From NCBI RefSeq assembly GCF_902459465.1, contig NC_047081.1:5456001-5520000 (forward strand): DNA of 64,000 nt, written 5' to 3'. Under the pieces are notes generated by a model. That model ran no database searches, had not been told where the DNA came from, and saw only the letters and a program-made list of their open reading frames with translations. Shown here in pieces: positions 59,439 through 64,000 of this stretch. How positions within the stretch are numbered: position 1 is the first letter of the stretch; each line of letters begins with the position of its first letter. The DNA comes from Asterias rubens (taxonomy: Eukaryota). A program made the position numbers and the translations under genes.

Positions 59439-61677
59439 CATTATTGCTGAAGATCGCTGGCAATCTTCTTATTTTTGTAGTTGTCATTTTTTTGCCCAAA
59501 TGGCTGCCCATAATCATGTGGCTGCTTTCTCCAAAATTTGTTAGACAAAGCACTTGTGCAGTAATACTTCAATCAGTGTGCATGCATGTATGTTGGCAAA
59601 AATGTGAAGCACAATGATAAAAATTAAACCCAGTTGTGTTTTGAAACATTGTATTGTTTCTTACATAAATTTTAATCCTTGCAAAATTGTGTTTTTCTCA
59701 TGTTCACAGAGAAGGAAAAATAAGCGGGGGACAAGCAAAGACACGGTACACATGTCTCTTAAGCCTTTTGTGCACCCTTGTTCTGTAATGCATGATTTTC
59801 ACTCTGATGTTTTGCTTTAATTTCTGCTCTGCTTGTTGTGGCCTTGTCTCATTACCAAATAACAATTAAACCTAACCATATTTATCTAATGATTAACTCA
59901 TCATTTGTTTGCAATTTTTTGTTATAAATATTTTAATTTTGATCAAGTAATCAGAGTAAGTGTAATTTGTATTCAGGTAATTGTTTTTATAGAAATATCA
60001 AAGGCAAACTTGTGAAGCCTTCTGAGTCTACAAAGCATTTCAAAAATCACTCATAGTGTGCTTGAAGTATGCGTATGACAATCAATTTAGAAAGAAACTC
60101 TAGACCACCAACAAATTGCCAAATTATACTAATGGCTGTATCAACACACACAGCTGGGAACCAATAACATTCATTGAAAAGGTTTATTTTTATAAAATAA
60201 ATGAAACAAGTTGATCTATTTGCCTTGATATTGATTAAGTACAGTGTTTTTTATATAATTACTTCATTGAACCAGTGTTTTTTGTGATTACTATCTTATC
60301 AGTTTAAAACACCCTTGTATGCAGTGGTTTGGGCATTTAACATTGTTTTCCATAGCAGCTTCCCAACCCAAGTTTGTTTGTGCAAACAAGTGTAATGTAT
60401 TTCCAGCCCAACCTTAAATGTAGCGCAATGTATTTAGTATCCAATGTTGGACAACATGTTGATGGTATGATGGCAGTGTACAGAAAATTCAGGGAGTATG
60501 GTGGATTTGATTCTGATTATATAAAACCCTTTTGTGCGGTCACTGGTCTCTTGTGATCATGTTAATTTCCTTTATAAAAAAAAAAAAAAAAAAAAGTAAA
60601 AAAAACCCTAATGATTGTATAGTAGCCGAATGAGGGCGCTGTTTTGTGATACTTTTTATGTGGGTCACCATTTTGCAACAAGCAGTGTAAGCTTTGCACA
60701 CACACAAAAGTGAAATACTGACTGCTGAAGGACTTGTCAGAAGAAGAACTGGAATCAGACTAAGTTTGTGAAGATGAAGACGAAGTGAGTAAAATTTTAT
60801 AAACACCTTTTTTAGATCTTGCTGAGATGCAATCAATGAGCCACTCATAGGCTTGTTGAGACTCAAAACAATATTAGTTACCATGGCAACCAATGTCTAG
60901 TAATACAATATACATGTAATATGGTTATTCTGCCTAGGTTAAAGATGCAATACTTTGTAGTCCGGTCAACATTGTATGCCTACAATATGCAGGATGCAAA
61001 AGAATTTCACTTAATGGAACTGGCCTGATGATACGGATGGGGAGGAGAACTTTAAAATGCTCAGTTGCCTGTGACATGCACATAGTAGAGATGGATGGTG
61101 GAAAACGTGTGTGTAGACTCCCTGGAGGGATTTCGATGGACCTACAGACATTTGCTGCCCACTATGTTTGGGAGATCTTACTAGAAGAAGTCACTCACAG
61201 GCCAATGCTTGAATGGCTCTAGCAAAGATCAGGATTGTTGCTCTCCATGTGACATTGGAAGCCCAAAGTTCCTAAACTGGGATACAGTTCTCAACACTGA
61301 AATCCTTGATCTCTTCTTCATCAGATCATACCGTGAGAGAAATGTCCCCCCTTGACCCCCTTGCACAACGCAAATAACCCTAGAGCTGCACAGTGTGCAG
61401 ATACCATTTTCTGCTGTTTTAAGAGTGATTTTCTAGTGTGTACATTTTATTATTATTTATTCAGCCATTTCAACAATACATGACAATACAAAAAATACTT
61501 CCAGATGGGCATGATGGGCTAGGAGAAACAAAAGCAAAATAATTACTGTGGTCCATAGACCTGCCTCCCCACATTAACTAACAACAAACAAAAACAGAAT
61601 AATTCCTAAAAACTTAAATAACGTAAAAGAATATCCTGGTAGAATGCAAATTAAATTTAAGTGACCAAATCTATTAA

Positions 61678-62348
61678 AGACAGTGGACACTATTGGTAAT
61701 TGTCAAAGACCAGTCTTCTCACTTGGTGTCTCAACATATACATAAAATAACAAAGTTGTGAAAATTTTAGCTCAATTGGTCGTTGAAGTTGCGTGATAAT
61801 AAAGAAAGAAAAGACAACCTTGTCACACGAAGTTGTGTGCTTTCAGATGCAAGTTGATTTCGAGACCTCATCTAAATTTGAGGTCTCGAAATCAAATTCG
61901 TGGAAAATTACTTCTTTCTCGAAAACTGTGGCACTTCAGAGGGAGCTGTTTCTCACAATGTTTTATACCACCAACCCCTCCCCATTACTCGTAATCAAGA
62001 AAGGTTTTATAATGATAATTATTTTGAGTAATGCCCCTTATTTTTGACCGCGCGAGGGCGCTATAAATAGTATTTTGATCACTTCCGGGGGTACACGCGA
62101 TTCGCCCTGCACAAATTAATAGGCGTTCTGTCACTTTTGTTGCGCCGTAGTTTCAATTTGCTTTAGAGGTGGATTATAACGGCTCCTTTAAAAGTCTTAT
62201 TGTCTGTGATGGATTAGATGTCTGTGGTTATAATGTGTTCCAATCTTTAAAAACTGTTTTGCGTATGAATGAATATACCCCCGGAAGTGATTGAGAGCGC
62301 CCTCACGCGGTCAAAAATATGGCCCATTACCAATAGTGTCCATTGCCT
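61678..62348. mobile_element. Kolobok-type MITE (AGGCAGT/AGACAGT family) with nested insertion
   Basis: TTAA 61674-61677 and 62349-62352; body like 39911-40289. Confidence 0.8.
62033..62325. mobile_element. MITE with 2-bp AT TSD (ISL2EU-like)
   Basis: AT|gccccttatttttgaccgcgcgagggcgct...agcgccctcacgcggtcaaaaatatggccc|AT. Removal restores the host gagtaattaccaatag. Confidence 0.7.
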
Positions 62349-62734
62349 TTAAGAGAAAAGAAAAAAATCCATCAAAAATATGTAAATAAATAGTTTTATG
62401 AGTAAATAAACAAATAAATTAACAAATAGAAAAATACAAAAATAAGTAGACAAATAAATAAACAAACAAATAAATAAATAAATATACACAAATATATAAC
62501 CCCATGAAATATAGTATGTTTAAAGTAAGTTGTGGGATTGCACATAGTTGTTATGAAACTGTAAAAGGATAAAGCAATAGACAAGTTAAGAAATATGAAG
62601 TGTAGCTACACTATCTTCATGCTTCAGAGCTTTTAAAAAGGATGGCAGAGAAGTTAAAATGGCAGAGCTGACCAGAGCCTAGCAAATATGTGGAAAATAT
62701 CTCTTTGCAATTCGTGTGCTTCAACATGAACAAA

Positions 62735-63119
62735 NNNNNNNNNNNNNNNNNNNNNNNNNNNNNNNNNNNNNNNNNNNNNNNNNNNNNNNNNNNNNNNNNN
62801 NNNNNNNNNNNNNNNNNNNNNNNNNNNNNNNNNNNNNNNNNNNNNNNNNNNNNNNNNNNNNNNNNNNNNNNNNNNNNNNNNNNNNNNNNNNNNNNNNNNN
62901 NNNNNNNNNNNNNNNNNNNNNNNNNNNNNNNNNNNNNNNNNNNNNNNNNNNNNNNNNNNNNNNNNNNNNNNNNNNNNNNNNNNNNNNNNNNNNNNNNNNN
63001 NNNNNNNNNNNNNNNNNNNNNNNNNNNNNNNNNNNNNNNNNNNNNNNNNNNNNNNNNNNNNNNNNNNNNNNNNNNNNNNNNNNNNNNNNNNNNNNNNNNN
63101 NNNNNNNNNNNNNNNNNNN
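62735..63119. other. Assembly gap (run of N)
   Basis: 385 consecutive N. Confidence 0.99.
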
Positions 63120-63237
63120 AGCCCTAGCCCTGACCCTCACCCTAGCCCTCACCCTAGCCCTCACCCTAACCCTAACCCTCACCCTCACCCTAACCCTCCC
63201 CCTCACCCTAACCCTCACCCTAACCCTCACCCTAGCC
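63120..63237. repeat. Degenerate telomere-type hexamer array (CCCTAA/CCCTCA/CCCTAG/CCCTGA)
   Basis: About 19 hexamers directly after the gap. Confidence 0.9.
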
Positions 63238-64000
63238 CACCGAGGCACCAGATCTGCCGGGAAAAAACTCGGAGGGATTTCATTACAGTATATATCCCCT
63301 CACGAGCATGAAGGTTTCTTTATTCCATCAACGACAAAACAGTACACAAGGCACACATCAAGAACATGTCGGAACATTGATACTTGTACATGTTGTACCT
63401 TCAGGTTATTGAACATAATCCAAGGATATCAATCTCTCCATCTGCGTTAACAAATCTACAATGCTTCTCAAGTTTAACACTGATTTGTTTATTTACAATG
63501 TTTTACTGAGACATTGTGTTGAAGCCACTGACCTCATGTCTATAATCAGCGCGAAAGAAGAGTTCCCACGGTCAACTCATTACCATAATGCCCCGCGAAA
63601 GACGAGACATGTTTACATCACCACGGATGCTCAGCGAGCACGATAGGGTTCAAAGGTCGTGATAAGGGAAGTGCATGATTGGACGTCAAAATGAATAATT
63701 CATTTGCTTCACATGCTGTGTTGTCTGAAGGTCTGACGAAAGATATCCATATTCATGAGCTGCATACATAACTAGCAATATCCGAGAGCCCCCCCCCCCC
63801 CCAATTTTTTTTTCAATAGTGGATTTTTTTTTCATGAAACACAATAAACTCGTGAAGTTACAGACCCGACAAGCCTGTTGACCTAGCGGCCTTCACATCG
63901 GGTTAGTGGAATGAGTGCGGATGACTTGTGCACAGTAGTCGTACGGTGTGCGTTGAGCGATGTGACGGTGTACATGGTGTACACGAAATGTATATGGTTG

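Noticed and set aside
61028-61400. Higher-complexity stretch as a possible exon or TE ORF
   Set aside because: No recognisable motif or convincing splice-site pair on either strand.
62690-63450. ORFs spanning the gap, with LTLTL / RVRVR peptides
   Set aside because: Artefacts of translating N and hexamer repeats.

Overview
Eukaryotic, AT-rich, repeat-dense animal genomic DNA. The repeat landscape suggests a marine invertebrate, probably a sea star (inference; not checkable here). The only host gene I can support is a GAF-domain cyclic-nucleotide phosphodiesterase of the PDE5/PDE11 type, seen as three phase-0 exons (6866-7033, 25765-25854, 42535-42672) separated by 17-19 kb introns full of mobile DNA. 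Main element: a 6137-bp DNA transposon (11051-17187; 54-bp TIRs, TTA target duplication) with an open Zator-type DDE transposase and, head-to-head with it, a spliced coiled-coil + BEN-domain gene broken only by a 7-nt duplication. This two-gene Zator/BEN arrangement, with subterminal 49-bp tandem arrays, is the best candidate for an undescribed system. Also present: a DIRS1-type tyrosine-recombinase retroelement with full ITR/ICR anatomy inserted at a GT dinucleotide in a Gypsy integrase; piggyBac, CR1/L2, RTE and Penelope fragments; many MITEs with readable TSDs (hAT, Kolobok, Harbinger, CMC/EnSpm, ISL2EU-like, Sola2-like); Helentron-like satellite carriers; circularly permuted tRNA-derived repeats; an N gap; and a degenerate telomere-type repeat. 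Family assignments rest on motif recognition by eye, with no database search.
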